A stretch of 64,000 nt of DNA from Lingula anatina (taxonomy: Eukaryota > Animalia > Brachiopoda). Shown here piece after piece: positions 24,984-39,083 of the stretch. How positions within the stretch are numbered: position 1 is the stretch's first letter; every line of letters starts with the position of its first letter. The translations under genes and the position numbers were made by a program. The notes under the pieces were generated by a model. The model saw nothing but the letters and a program-made list of their open reading frames with translations, had not been told where the DNA came from and did no database searches. The stretch covers positions 2,356,001-2,420,000 of the forward strand of contig CM120640.1 in NCBI GenBank assembly GCA_051362555.1. Reading direction: 5' to 3'.

Positions 24984-27900
24984 TAAGCCTTAGTGGTAGA
25001 ATGCCTGGCATAAGTGCCCTGAGGCAGACATGGAAAGACCTTCCTTGATAATTTTAAATTAAGAACAAGACACCTTTGGTCATGGGCGAGAAATAAAACC
25101 CTTTGGCAAAATATAAACGTCAAACACCGCATCGGTGATGGCACATGAAGAAGAAGGTCTGAAGCCATGAGAACGTTGTTTCGAAGAATCATGTTAGACC
25201 CACCGTTGTCTTAACAGTGTTATCATTGTGCTAGTTGTGCTACCTGGTAGCCATTCAGCTCCTCTACCACATCTCAACACCATCTGTCACATAAGTGAGG
25301 GCGGCCCCTATGATATTTATTATATATTTACAAAACTGTTAAACACATGTATAGCATATGATTTGCGACACCTCGCTTCGATGTATAGCAGTAAGTGGCA
25401 TACATATAGGGCCTACAAAATGTACTAACTTACATCCCTCTCACCCCTTGATAGCATGGCAAAGTCCCACGCTCTTGGGCCTACTTACCCTTGTTCAAGA
25501 AAATCATAGATGCCGGAAAATTGAAAGAAAAGGATTGGTTTTATGAATTCTGAGATGCACTTTAGAGTCAATCTCAGGAAACATTGTTCATTAATTCGTG
25601 TGTGTGTGTGTGTGTGTTTAGGGTAAGGGTGGTGGAGGTCCTAATGCATCCCCCCACCCACGACCAGGGAAATTTAAGACCGAGAATATTACCATTTAAA
25701 TTTACGTCTAAAACAGTGAAACAGCCATGTTCTGAATAACTATATACTAATGAACGTTACTTTAAACAGGTTATTTTTACTGTTGTTAGGCCTAGGCCCT
25801 ATACGAAATCGTTTGGCAGGCATAAGCAAGCAACCCCCCTTTTTCAAAGATTACACGACACAATAAACTGTACCTTACCTTTCTTCTATGAAAATAAAAG
25901 TTTTAAAACAGGTATATATAAAATGAGTGACTGCCAGAAAACTGGTATTATGGGATAGATCTTTTATCGGGATGACGTCATTAACACGAAATTCGAAAAT
26001 TTTCAATTTCGCGTGCCTGATAATATTGCACTTGTTATAGAACTTGTGATTAATTTGAAAATAAACTGCAAATAAAATGTTGATATTGTGTTTTTGGACA
26101 CATTGTGAAGGTTTATGATATCTTCTGTTCAAAGCAAAATAAGTGATCTTAGTTTAAAATTACCATCAATAAATAGAAATTATTGAGATAGGCCTATCTA
26201 TGTTTAACTATTGGATTATTTGAAAATTATTGAGATAACTATTGGATTATTGACACAATATCCGTGACCTGAGAAGGAACAAACAGTTGCAAACATTGAA
26301 GAGTTGTAAGTTTTTATCTTGAAAAGTCTTCGGTGTGTTCGAAATTCCAAGCAAGCTTTAAGAACTGCGTCCGTTCAGAAAAACAACCTTAAACCCTGCT
26401 ATAGGCCTATTCACGTAGCCTAGACTACTAGTAGGACTGGGAGCGGTTGCCTCCTTATGGGTGGGGGTGGTGGGGGGGGGGGGGGGCTACTAAATTACTT
26501 AGTTACTTCTCAAATGATATGCCTACCACGAAGGACCTGTTAAAGTGGAAGTGAGTGTTGAAATTTAACTTTGAGCTAAGACGGTATATTAGATCTTAAC
26601 TTTGAGTCAGATTTAAACTGGGTAAAATCCAGAGCGAGTTCCGTACTGGATTGTCTATAATTGTATCTAACGTCATATTGGTGACAATTGACCCAATAAA
26701 TCCAATCCAATCAATCAATCAATCAATTGAATGCACAGTATGCCTGCTGCATAGGGCCTATTACTATCACCTTACCCTGATTTGATAGTCAATGGCAAAT
26801 TCGTAGGCCCACATCTGTGATAATGAACTTAAGATATTGCAGTTTTTTCTTTCTTTACATATTTGTGCAAGCGGGGCAAAATTCGTTTTCCAAGGGGTTG
26901 CCAGCCCGATGTAAGAGACGCTTAGAGGCTGTACCGACAACGCATCGATCTTCAAGGAAGTCGCACGGAAGGCGTACAGCAACTGCATTGAGACTGATAG
27001 GGCTCCGTACGTCCACTATTCAACCGACTACCGGTCTTTCCCTAAGTGACCTCGAAGTCATCTCGGAGAATACTCGCCTTAGCCCGTAGCTGCTTACGAT
27101 GTCAAAAAAAAAAATCGTTTGGGAAATCGTATACAATTCTCTGGCAAATGTAATCTATGTTTTAGTCAGCATGAACGCAATTTGCAGAATAAACTAACTG
27201 CACCCAGCACAATCAGTTCTGGAATGAATAGATTCGATATACACGGCACGGCATAATCAGCCATTTGCACGATTTTCACTGATTTCACAATGTCGTGACA
27301 AAGGAGTAGTAATGATGCATAAAATACGTTATGACGCTAACGCAAATGGAATAAAACATTCAAATTATGTATCAGCAGCTACCAAAGGTTATTTCTAACA
27401 CCTGTCCCAAATATTGAGGTCTTTGTTGTTTTTGGTGCTCAAGATTATAAAAATTACCGAATCGATGCTTAGTTTGAGTTTTAAAAAAAGTTAATTTACC
27501 TGTTACCCATGATAAAAACGAGAAGACACTGGTTGCCCAGCGCTTCCAACACCCCGTCTGAGGAAGAAATAGTGGCATATTTTCCATCAGTCGTTGAGCA
27601 CCAAGCAGAGCATGGATGGCAATAATCATGACAACGTATCAACAAGGGACCAGTAATTTTTTCACGTTATAAATTCAAACTACATTGAATTTCTCAATGG
27701 AAATTCTTTCTGGCGATTCATCCCAAGATCGATTTGGTCGTAGAGCAGAACATAAAACATGAATAAACAGACCTTAACGAATACATGTATGGCTAGCAAG
27801 TAGCGAAGAACCCTGCATATTTCCATATCTTATAAGATCGTTAATGAAGCATTTATTATTCTATACGGAGTAATTGATGGCCCCTCTTATCTAGGGAGAA

Positions 27901-29144
27901 AGATATATTACAATCAAGAATTTCATTTCAGGTCAGCGTCATCCCCAGTAATCTCGCGTTCACTGATATGATAGTGGCGGGGGTTTGGTCGCTGGCAAAT
28001 TGCAGCGGCTGAGATTATCTGCCGATTGTGTTACCTGCCACTACTCAGCTGTGTCTATCTAGGACATGGTATGGAGGTAGTGAGTGAGAGAGAGAGAGAG
28101 AGAGAGAGTTGGAGTTTGGGCAGTAAAGAGGGATGAAGGGACATTCAGTAATACAATAGCAGCAAAAATAAACCTCCAACCTTTCTGAGAATCAGTAAAA
28201 TAGAGAAAATAATTGTCGTACTTAGAGTCAATCCGAAAGAAAGACATAACCTCTGTTTCTTTTTAGTTTACCCAAAGAACTAATCCACTGCGCGCAACAA
28301 TAAGTAACTTGTGAGCAATGCACATATAATATTGGTCAAATATCGAATACCCAAGACAATTATAATCTAATGTGTGCATAACGCATGCGTTGACAGGTTT
28401 CTCAGCTATAAAGTATGCTTTGCAATTACATGGGCAAATAATGTCATATGAATAAACATACTGAAGGATTATGGCACATCTGAGTGGGGAACTTTGTTTC
28501 ATCTATATTATTAAAGTTCAACTTCGCTTTGATTGTCGCTGATAGAAAAATACAGATTTGCTTGCTACAAATAATCTTTTCAGCGTTAAAACAACAATAG
28601 AAAGCGGGGTTTCAGGCTTCGTATACACTAAAAATGAAACCCTTGCATTTTATTAATCACCCTGCTCCAAATCCCAAGGCAAGCTAACAATATTATTAGC
28701 TGCTCGGTTAGTGGGCATAAATTTCCACGTGTTGAAATGAACAAATGGCTGAATCATTTGAAATGGACACACATGTGCCTATAAGCTGGGAGGGCTGCAG
28801 AACCGTAGTTAGGAACAAATAGAACACACACACTGAGAAAGACCGGGCAAATTTCTCAATTTGCTCTCCCTCTTTTTATTCGCTGAAAGTTTTCCGCGAA
28901 CATAGGGGAGAGTTGTAGCCGAGGCAATCTGTCAGCACGCTGCGTTACATTTCAGACATTCTCTCATCCAATTACTGCGTAATTAGGGAATGGATAAATA
29001 AACATACAAGCTTTATGATCTTTGAGGGATTTATAGCAGCAGGGGAACAGGCACGCAGCAAGTTCAGGATCCTTCTTCAGTGATCTGACAGGACTTAGGG
29101 CAGCCTCCACCGGCGGTAGGGAGCGGGACAAGAGCGGCCTAACA

Positions 29145-29172
29145 ATGAACCGATTACTGTATCTTATAACAG
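29145..29172 (+). CDS. SCUBE: SCUBE alternative first exon 1a (start of signal peptide)
   Basis: [15 protein letters not shown], then CAG|gtaggt phase-1 donor. Joins exon 2a to give [21 protein letters not shown]. Confidence 0.65.
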
Positions 29173-32100
29173 GTAGGTACGCAATTCATCATTAACCTTC
29201 GGGTGAACATTTTAACTCACGTTTTCAGCCACTTTGGTGACTTGTATTTAGGAGTTTTGTGGACGGTCGTCGGGGTGGAAAGGTAACACGTTTCGGTAAT
29301 TAAGGTCAGTTTGAGGTTTGATGCAGATTTGATTAGGGCACGTTTCACGTCCAGGAGAGGAGGCAGCTGCGTTTGGAAATTAACTGTGTCTGTACATATG
29401 TAAAAACAGCATAATGCATTGACTGATACACAGGTCAGTCATAGGACCGAAGCCCATGGGGTCCCGTTAGCCGTCCCGTGGAGTATACCCGCTCACTAAT
29501 CCTGGAGTTCTTGTCCGCAAAATACACGACCGCCAATCAGTGTCAATCATTCCGGTTCTTCACAAAATTGTTCGTTAGATGAATTGCTGTATGACATCCG
29601 CTGCAAGTATCGTTACATTTATATTATGATTTATTACAGCATTCCTGTACTGGAACTTACCAACATCCAAAACTTGTGTGAACTTCCAAGTGAAAATAAT
29701 CATTATTTTTTTCATTTGCATTTCAAGTGGAATTTTAGCTCGTTGAAGACAAAATGTGGCTATGATTTCACCAACAATCTAAATGTGTGAAATATTAGAC
29801 GACGTTTGTACAAAGGCCACCGCTCTTGGACGACCTTCGAGACAACAAAAAGTGAACCACTGAAGCTACGCGCACCCACATTCTCAAGTCAGTTTGTTCT
29901 TGTGGAAAGATAAAAAATACCACTTAAAAGTGAATGGTAATAAATATTAATTAAAGTGGGATCATTGTTGAAACAGTATATTTTACTTTAAATAACAGTA
30001 AGTGTCAATACCAATTATGTACCAACATTATGATGTTATACAGACTTAGAAAATTTCACTTTTGTGTAAAGTATCAAAGACGATACAAAGTTGGAACAAG
30101 AGCCATTGTGGAAAACCTTATTTCAAATTACATCACAGCGCATTAACGCCCAGGTAAGAGCTTGTCATTTTAACCTGGAAGAGGGGAAATTGAATGAAAT
30201 ATGTCTACTGTACAGACACTGTTCTCAGGATTCGGATGGGTTCAGACGCAGTGGGATATCTGCCGAGACCAGATAGGGGCGGGGAGTTAGAAAAAAAACG
30301 AACGAAAAAGTGTTACGCCCTGTCACTCGACAGACTGAGAAGAGACGATTTAGTGGACTTCTAGAAGCCAGGAAGGCGTGGCCTTTTTATTTACAGCCAT
30401 TAACGTGTCTGTCTGGCTATTTTTGTCGTCGTCGTCATTTTCAATCCTGTTGCCGTTATATCTATATTGAACCGAAAGACTGTCCATGCTGAAAATGACT
30501 TTGATAGTTCAACGCAGAATATTTCTTAAGAATTGAGAAAAATTGTTATTGGATATAGTAAATTAGGCACCTCTTTTGCTAAACATCGATTCTGAACCCT
30601 AGCTTTATTTAAATCGAGTGATGTATACATGTACAACTCCCGCGGACAATTGTTACGAAGAGGCGGCTAGATAGAAATTGTCAGTCTCTCCTCTATCAGT
30701 AACAACCATTTCTTTACTGAGAATTTTTCTAGGCAGCAGATTTATCGTCTCACTTTTTAAACCTCTCTCTCTCTTTCTCTTTTTTCCCTATTTTCGTGCC
30801 ACTGTGCTTTGACTCGCTCCATTGTCCTTAAAATCATTATTCTTTGAAACAACAGACTAATTACATCTTTTAAACAATTTATTTGTATAGATACAATCTG
30901 TGCACGAAAAAAAGATGAAAAAATTCACAGGTTGCGTTGAAGGGGGTGATTCTGTGACAATGATAATATGGCGCGCTACTTCTTACACTTTTTGACCCCA
31001 CATATGCGGCGAGCGTCAGATGTTTCCTCGCGCTCGTGTCAAGCATGCGTCTCCTGCATCTATAAAAAAAAATCCACCAAGAAAATGACATGTTGCTCTT
31101 TGAGACATTATACGAGACTAAATCTTTGTGGTCCCTCGGTGACGGCAGTTCTAGCTTCTAGGACTGGGCACTGGGCCGTTCCTAGTTGGATATGTTGAAG
31201 TTTATATAAAAACTTTACAGGAGAGCCCACACCAAATGAAAATGATCAAGCAAAATAACACAGACATCTGGTGTAGATGTAACTGTGTTGTGATTGAACT
31301 TATGCTCCAGAATTTTGTATTGTTTTTCGTTTCAACAAATGAAAACACTCTGTCTCTCAATACAGCTACTGATGGCTTTGGTATGCCAGCATTATTGACA
31401 AACGAAAAACAATGTAAAATGAAGTTATGTGCATAAAAACATTTGTCGTCTTCGCCTAAAACCATATATACATCTGTATCATAGCTCTTAAATGTCAAGT
31501 TTCCTAAAATGTAACACTATATAATTAATAACAGTTGTCATGTAGGGCTATCATGAAGATGATTGATGTAATTGTAGGCCCAGTCTATATAGGAACAGGG
31601 ACGTTGATTTAACGGTTGAAAATGACCAGCTGGAAAGTAAAAATATTAAAACTATGATTTCAGGCCTGTATGCAGGGGTAGGGTGGGGTGAGGTGGGGTG
31701 AGGGGTCTTTTGGTGGGAAACGCCCCACACTGAATCAAATTTTGATCCAGGTTTTATGTCATTTCATGGGCCAATAACGGTGTAAAATGTTTTTTTCAGA
31801 TAAAGAATCCCCGTTTGAAATTGCTGGCTACAGGCCCAAATATGATCCATTTTAATGCTATATCAAAGTTGGGAAGTGATAAATTATTTCTCCTATAAAA
31901 TAATTCAAATACTTCTTGCATTTTAGGCTTGGTTCTGGAGTTCACCAACGGCGTCCAAAAACCAATCGTTGAAGTGGATTTACAATTTGGTTTCGTGAAG
32001 GGTTACAGCCCGTACATTACATTCATAGTGCCACCAACACCATCTCGTAATAGAAAGCAATGTACCAGTCAAGCAGTGCTTCGGTTAGATTTTTCTGGGA

Positions 32101-35100
32101 TTTACAAATACGCCAAATTCCACCTTGATTATGGAGACCGTCCTCGTCTTTGGACTCTGGATATTTCCGACTCAAAAACTGGCGACGGGTATGGAGGAGA
32201 CAATGGCACAACCAGTAACATGGCAGAAACTCACATCTTCAATCGCCAACTTCGTCTCTATGGCAACAGTCTCCCAGGTTACAATCACAATACCATTAAT
32301 GGAAACTTACTATTAAAAGTTGTCGACAATATTGTTAAAAAGGGTAGTAAAATTACAATAGAAATCGCTGATGAACGTGTCGATTGGATTGTTGGTAATG
32401 TTAAAGATTTTGTGGAATCTAAATATCTGTACACATTGGACGGCCAGGAGGCGGTATACGGTGAAAAGGACTACTACGTGTACGCAGGTTTTAACAGAGT
32501 GGTGGCGGGGACGTTCAGAAATGGCTCTGGGCTCTGTAGAGTTGGGATCAGTATGCACGAAGGTATATGCTTGATTTACATTTTTTTGATAACGATGTCT
32601 GTTTGTACATCTTACAATTGTCTTTCTACAACATGCCTACCAGTTTTTCTACCTTAAGTATTTAGAACTAAAAGAGCGAAGAGATTGTTTCTTGTGTGAA
32701 GCGTGCGTTCGTGCAGTCTTCAGCTACGCCCGATAGGTAGCGCATCGCTCGTCTGCACTTCTCTTTTCTTTCTGATTGTACTGGAAGAAGCACACAGCAG
32801 AAAGCAATCTTGCTTTTGATGAATGAACCGTGTTTTGAAGTCATATCGCGTTTCGTTAAACTACTCTTTAAATGCGCCTCTTCTAAATCTTTATCCAAAG
32901 ACTTAATGGATCTGAACCGCAAACTGTATCTGGAATGCTGCTTCAGATTAACGTTAATAGCTCCGATAAATAAAAAAAGCGTCTTAAGTCATCTTAATAA
33001 GTATAATTTGTCGGTTCCGATTTTTCCCCGAGCTGATAAATAGATGTTTAAGATCAGGAGATTAATGCAGGAGAACCGATCGGTTACGTGTGTAAACTAC
33101 TTAAAGCACAATCTTAAAACAAACGAGAAGGCATAGCTGGTCAGTGTTATTCCAGAGAGGGACATGAAGGAGATTACGTTTGACACCAAGGTGCACTAGT
33201 TTACGTGATCTGATTGACGTTTGTTTTAATGTTTGCAGATAAACACGGGGGTAATTGAGCAAGCGAGTTCAAAACTGGGGCGTCTGGCTTATGATCGCGT
33301 ATAGACGTTTCTTCCCTCTCCTTTCTGTCTCTTTTGAAAGGTATTTATTGTAATGTGTCTATGGGATAAAATGAAAAACGATCTTGGTATACTACATGCC
33401 GCTCAATCATAGACGCATTGTCAAAAAGGCTTAATCTACTTTCAAGCAGCAAATCAAATGCAAGCAGCGGCTGCTTTGGCTGCGGCATGAGGCCGACGTT
33501 CTCTTTAATTTCCACTCTTGAAAAAATAGGAAAGTGTGTGTTGTACCTTATTGGCCCCTGAGAAGAGGTGAAAGTGGGAGGAGTTTGTTCAGTAAAAGAC
33601 TGTCAGGCAAACAGCGCACTCAAGTTCATCGGGCGTTGAAATAATCAAGACAGAATCCGGATGCAGTTTATGAGCGGGCGAAATTATTACTAGTGAAACT
33701 GAATAGACACGCGGACCATGAAAGAATCTTTGATTTGCCAACTACGGTTAGAAGTAGAACTTTACATACCAACATGATTTGCGGGATCTTACGTGTAGAA
33801 ATCGCTGCTTTTTCCATTTACAAATATTGTCAAGTGCGTGAAGCCGTCGCCTACTGGCGTGCACTCCCCCCGATCATAGCATAGCATAGCATGGTATAAA
33901 GCACGGCTCTGCTCGCTAGACTTGTTGCTCGAGTGACGACGTGAAAGGTGATCAAATGACACGGCTTTTGAAGGAGTGACTCCCTGACTTAACTTTTTAC
34001 TGCTTGTACGCGGAGCTGATGCGGAGCTGTTCTTCTCTTCTTACTCCGAGCCATGAAATCTGTGTATCTGACGCGGGGAGGATATGTCAGTTTCATCCTT
34101 TTACTTTTGTCCTCGGCCTCGGTGGGCAACGCTAAAAGAAGATCGGCAAGGCGAGGTAAGAGAGGCGAAAAATAAAAGTAATTAACAATTAGTACCCCAT
34201 GCTTACGCAGAAAAAAATGTGATATTTTAGAAAAGTCTACATTGCTTTAAAGGGAAAAAAGCAACCCGATGAATGTAAGGGGAAGGTGGGGAAATAATGT
34301 CTGCGCTTTCTGCTGCTGTTTTAGCAAAAAGGATGTGTAACATGTGGCAATATTTAATAACTAGCCTACTTGAATTTGTGAATAGACAAACATGCAGCGT
34401 AGGCTGATGGAATTGATTAATCCTAGGGTAAACCGGGTCATTCTAAACATTTCTAATATTCTGTCTGGCTCTGTATATTTATCTTCCCGAAGAGGAACTA
34501 ATCATTCAAACGTATCCTCTAGATATTAGATTGCTATTTCCATTCTCTGTCTTATCTGGAGAGATTGATGATGTAATTAGCACTGTCTGGTGAAATGGCC
34601 CGCACTGTCTGGAAGGCATAACGAATGCTAATCCCATGTTCATTAATCATATTTCACGTATGTAAAGGGGTAAGTCTACTCAAAGCAGAGACTGACGGAT
34701 AAGTGCATTCCTACGTTTCTTTGCATTTCGGACTACTGTGACTAAATATAGTATAGACTCCCTTAAATACTTTTATAAAATACAGCTTTTTGCAGGTAGG
34801 AATATAGTCATGAATTTTTAGATAGTTAAGCATTTAGACGGAAAAGGGTTTAATATTTGGGGATGGGTATCACTTCTCCGTGGAGAAAATATCTGAAAGA
34901 TGAACCGCTTGCAGACAAGTTGAACAGATGAAGAATTATTGTGTGAAATGAATTGTTATCACATTGATTTGAATAAATATATTGCAATTAACGAGACAAG
35001 CCTCAAATCCCCAATGATATGATAAAGACAATAATGTCCTTGAGATAAGGGAGAAAAACAGAGAGAGGTGAATAGAGAGGGAGGGATAGCCCAAGTATTA

Positions 35101-38100
35101 GATATTGATTGACGTGTGATTAACGTTTGATAGTTTGAACAAATCTGACCCAGGCACATTTTTTTCTTTTTATTAAAGAAGATTTGCTTGATCTCAGACG
35201 GGATTAAAGATATGATTTTTGATAGTTATTGATATGTCGGAGTTATTAAGTGCATCACACCCTTTTCTTCGCCTTTTGACGCACCGCCTCTACACAATTC
35301 GCGACTTGTGAAAAATGACATCCTAACGGGACATTTGTCAGAGTAAATAAGCATGGAAAAGCCAATCGGTGACTGCTTTTCAATAGTCGGTTTGCAAAAG
35401 GGCAAATTTATTCGGTCCGCCTGGCGTCTGCCTTTTAATAATGAACAAAATTATACTTGGAGTATAAAGGCGTGTATTCTACTGTGGTGTTAAAGAAGTC
35501 GGTGTACCTCATAATTTTCAAGCACCTTTCTTGTTGTACGTCAACAGCAAATCACTGCAACCAGATCTTCTCAATGCATTTAATCCTCATTGTTAGTTTG
35601 TGTACAAACACATGAGCTCTTGCAGACGGGGAATTGAACATTTATTTGGCTTTGAAAGGCGAGTGCCAATCTGGCAATTAAACCCGAATCATTGCTATGA
35701 TTGACAACTGTAATATGCTATTACAAGCAGGCTCGGGTATCAGAGTTGGAATTTCATGCGCTCAACACCTTGTCTGCACCCAAAATAACTTTGTCCCCCT
35801 GTGATGAAAGGAAACAATGGGATTTTGCACCCAGGGTCCAGGTATTTGGCAATAATCGCTGATCAAGTGCCTGATAACTAAGGCAAGTATGCGAGGGTCT
35901 TTTTTCGACATTTTTCTACCGTAGACAGAGTTGTCAGGGGATCGGAGGCTCATATAACCGACACGTACGCCCTTGTCATTTGATTCAGGACGTAAGTTGA
36001 TGTATAATATGCCACGGTATCGAATTTTCGATTGTTAGTTACCACTTCTTTCTCTGTCTCTCCCCTCACTCCCCCCACCATTGTTCGCTCATTCTCTCTC
36101 TGTATCCCTCCTTTCCCTCTCTCTCTCTCTCTCTCCCCCTCCCTTCCTCCTCCCCCCCCCCACCCGCTACCTCTCTCCTCCCTTCCCCATCCCTCTTTCA
36201 ATGTAACAGTTTTTGCAATCAAGATTTCATGTCAGCACCCTTGTGGGGATTTCTTATTAAGCCTACACATTGTATAATAGGGGTCTAACAACAATCGAGG
36301 TCTCTTCCCTCACCGTGATTTATATGGTGGTATCTGTAAAATCAATCAGTGACAACACATTAATAATTTAATAGTCGTTTAAACTTTGATTTTAGTGCAT
36401 TAATTAATTTTAGTTTTAGTGAACTGGTCATGTCCGAAAACCAAGTGTGTGATTAATTCACTTTCACGACACTTGAAACTAAATTAGGTAAAAAATGTAG
36501 TTAAAAAAGTCAGACGCCAGTTGTCGTTAGGGATCCAATGGAATCCGACAAGGTGATCTTTTAGTATTTGAATGTAGATTTCTGTCTGGATCCAGCGGTA
36601 CAAGCTTACTTCAGTGGATGATATTGAAAAAAAAATGGACAGAACGTTTAGTTTTTCGTATGAAATGTAGGCCTATTTAAAAAAAAAAAATAATAATAAT
36701 AATAATAAGTTGTTCCTAAGGATGAAGAAAAAAAGTTTTATTGATAATTAGTTATGGAGATATTCTCTTAAGGAACAATAAATTAAATATAAATATTTTA
36801 AACAGGGAATAAATGCTGAGCTTAAATTCCGATATGAAATTTATGTACAAATAATGCGCAGCCTGCCAACGCCCCTCACCCAGAGCTTTCCCACCAAAAA
36901 TGCCTGCCGGCTTCTTCATTTTCCAATCTCCAAACGCGGAAGTGTACCGGACAAGCGCACAAATGTGAAAATGTGTAAATGAAAATCACATTGAAACTCA
37001 AGCTACGACTTTGCTACGACTGTTAGTGACATGTTACTTTCCCTAAATCAGATTGTTCTTACTTCTTTACGTAATATGGGCAAATCATACACATGGGCGT
37101 ATGAAGTGCAAGTCGTGTGTACATGAACACAAATGGTTTGATTGTCATTGGCTCCTGTTTTGGATGCCAATCTGGACTCGTATGTATAATATGGACAGTT
37201 CCCGTCTGGACTCGTATGTATGGAAGACTCACCTCTGAACTTGTATGTATGGGCGACTCACCTCTGAACTCTATGCATGGGCGACTCCCGTCTGGACTCG
37301 TATGTGTGGACTGAGGCGCTGTCAACAAAAGCTTAGTACTCATGCACTGAGCATAGCGCGGACTTAAAAGGGATATCAACGGTTCGTAAGATATCCATAT
37401 TCCACAATAAATACATTGTCAACAACTCATAGAAATATATTAAATTCTGTTTTACCACCAAAAGGGCAGTTACTACAATAATTCTGGAATTTGTGCTTGC
37501 CATTATATCACGTGACCTCCGTAGATGGTTACACTCAATAATAATCTATTAAGAGAATACTACAAAAAAAAAAAAAAAAAAAAAGGAACTAACTTTGAAT
37601 GTGGGAATGGATTCATTTACCATCGGTAAGTATGGGAAAATTGTTCTTTCCCTTTTTTTTGGCCAAAATGAACAGTTGTTATCCCTTTAAAGTTTACCAA
37701 GAATTGTATAACAAGTCCACGTGAGATGTTGTTTTTGTTTAATCAGTTACTTTTGTATTAAATATCAGCTGAAAATAGGGAAATGCTTCAACTTGAATTA
37801 ATTATTTCCATATCCCAGTATAGAAGAACAGTTGTTTCAGAAGTAACTTTGACCAAAATCAAAACTGAAGTGCAATAGGAAAAGAGGAAGAAAAATCAGA
37901 TAAATTATTTCAAAAACTTGTTTACATAAATGTATTTAAAAAAGACCTTATTCAGATTCACTCATCATACTTGATGGATCTGTGGGACATTTCTGCAGGG
38001 GATTTTTACTGAAGTGTGATCATTGGAATCAGTTTAATTGTCTGACACACCTCCCTCAGCAGCTAGGGGTAGTTAACTACCATGTGCTGAACCACTGATT

Positions 38101-39034
38101 GCACTTTAGCAAGAATCTCCCACAGACTTGGACCAACCCAGCTGGTACGATGTTTGAATTTGAATGTGCCTAAGATACAACTAATAGATACCAGTAGATA
38201 TACCAGTACAAAATTCTCTCTCTCTCCCCCTTCCACCCTTCCATCATTTCTCAGGTAGAAAATTTACCTGAGGGCCACTCATTTGTCTGGGCAACTTGTC
38301 ATCTGCTCATATCCTGTACCTTCTCTCCTGTATCCCATCCATCATCTACCTGACATTATATAACTATACAGAAGATATTCTCAGGGCTATTTCTTTATTG
38401 TAAGATCCCATTCCCATAGACACATAGTCTATTGGTCTACGTGGATTGAAAATAGTCTGGGGGGGACCCTTGCTAAATGCAGTCAGCTTCCCTGAAAGAC
38501 ACCCTCTTGTTTCCAACTTACTCATACAATCACCAGCTTTTCTGTATTCTATTTACTACCTGGCGGATGTGTCATTAATTAAGCTGATTGCAGTCAGTAA
38601 GAGTCCTGGTAGAGTTGGGTCGATGTTGTTAATGGGAAAGGGGCCTTAGATTGAATCACTACATATAAAAATTGTCACTGTATTATGTGATTGCAGTTGA
38701 GTACTTGAAAAAATGTATCTGTGAATGCCTGTGTATCTGCAGAAGCCACCATTTTGTGTTTTTGAAATTTGTTGGCCTTTGAGGTCCTATTCCGGATCTG
38801 CCTACCAGTATGGATACAAGTAACCCCAACAACACAGATATGAGATCAGAGATTAATTGCTGTGTCCAAGAGACAATTTCGGAATTGCACTTTGAACTTT
38901 GAAGAAAATGTCTAAATCCCAAGGATCTTGGTTTTGTGTACTCTGTAAATCCTTCTTTTCGGTTTTTCAACCCTTGCTGTTGATACGTAGCTTTATGAAA
39001 GGATTAATTGCCTTAGCTGTTTCTGCCATTTCAA

Positions 39035-39083
<49 letters not shown>

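Noticed and set aside
24985-25030. tRNA/SINE A-box-like TAGTGGTAGAAT
   Set aside because: No B-box or cloverleaf follows
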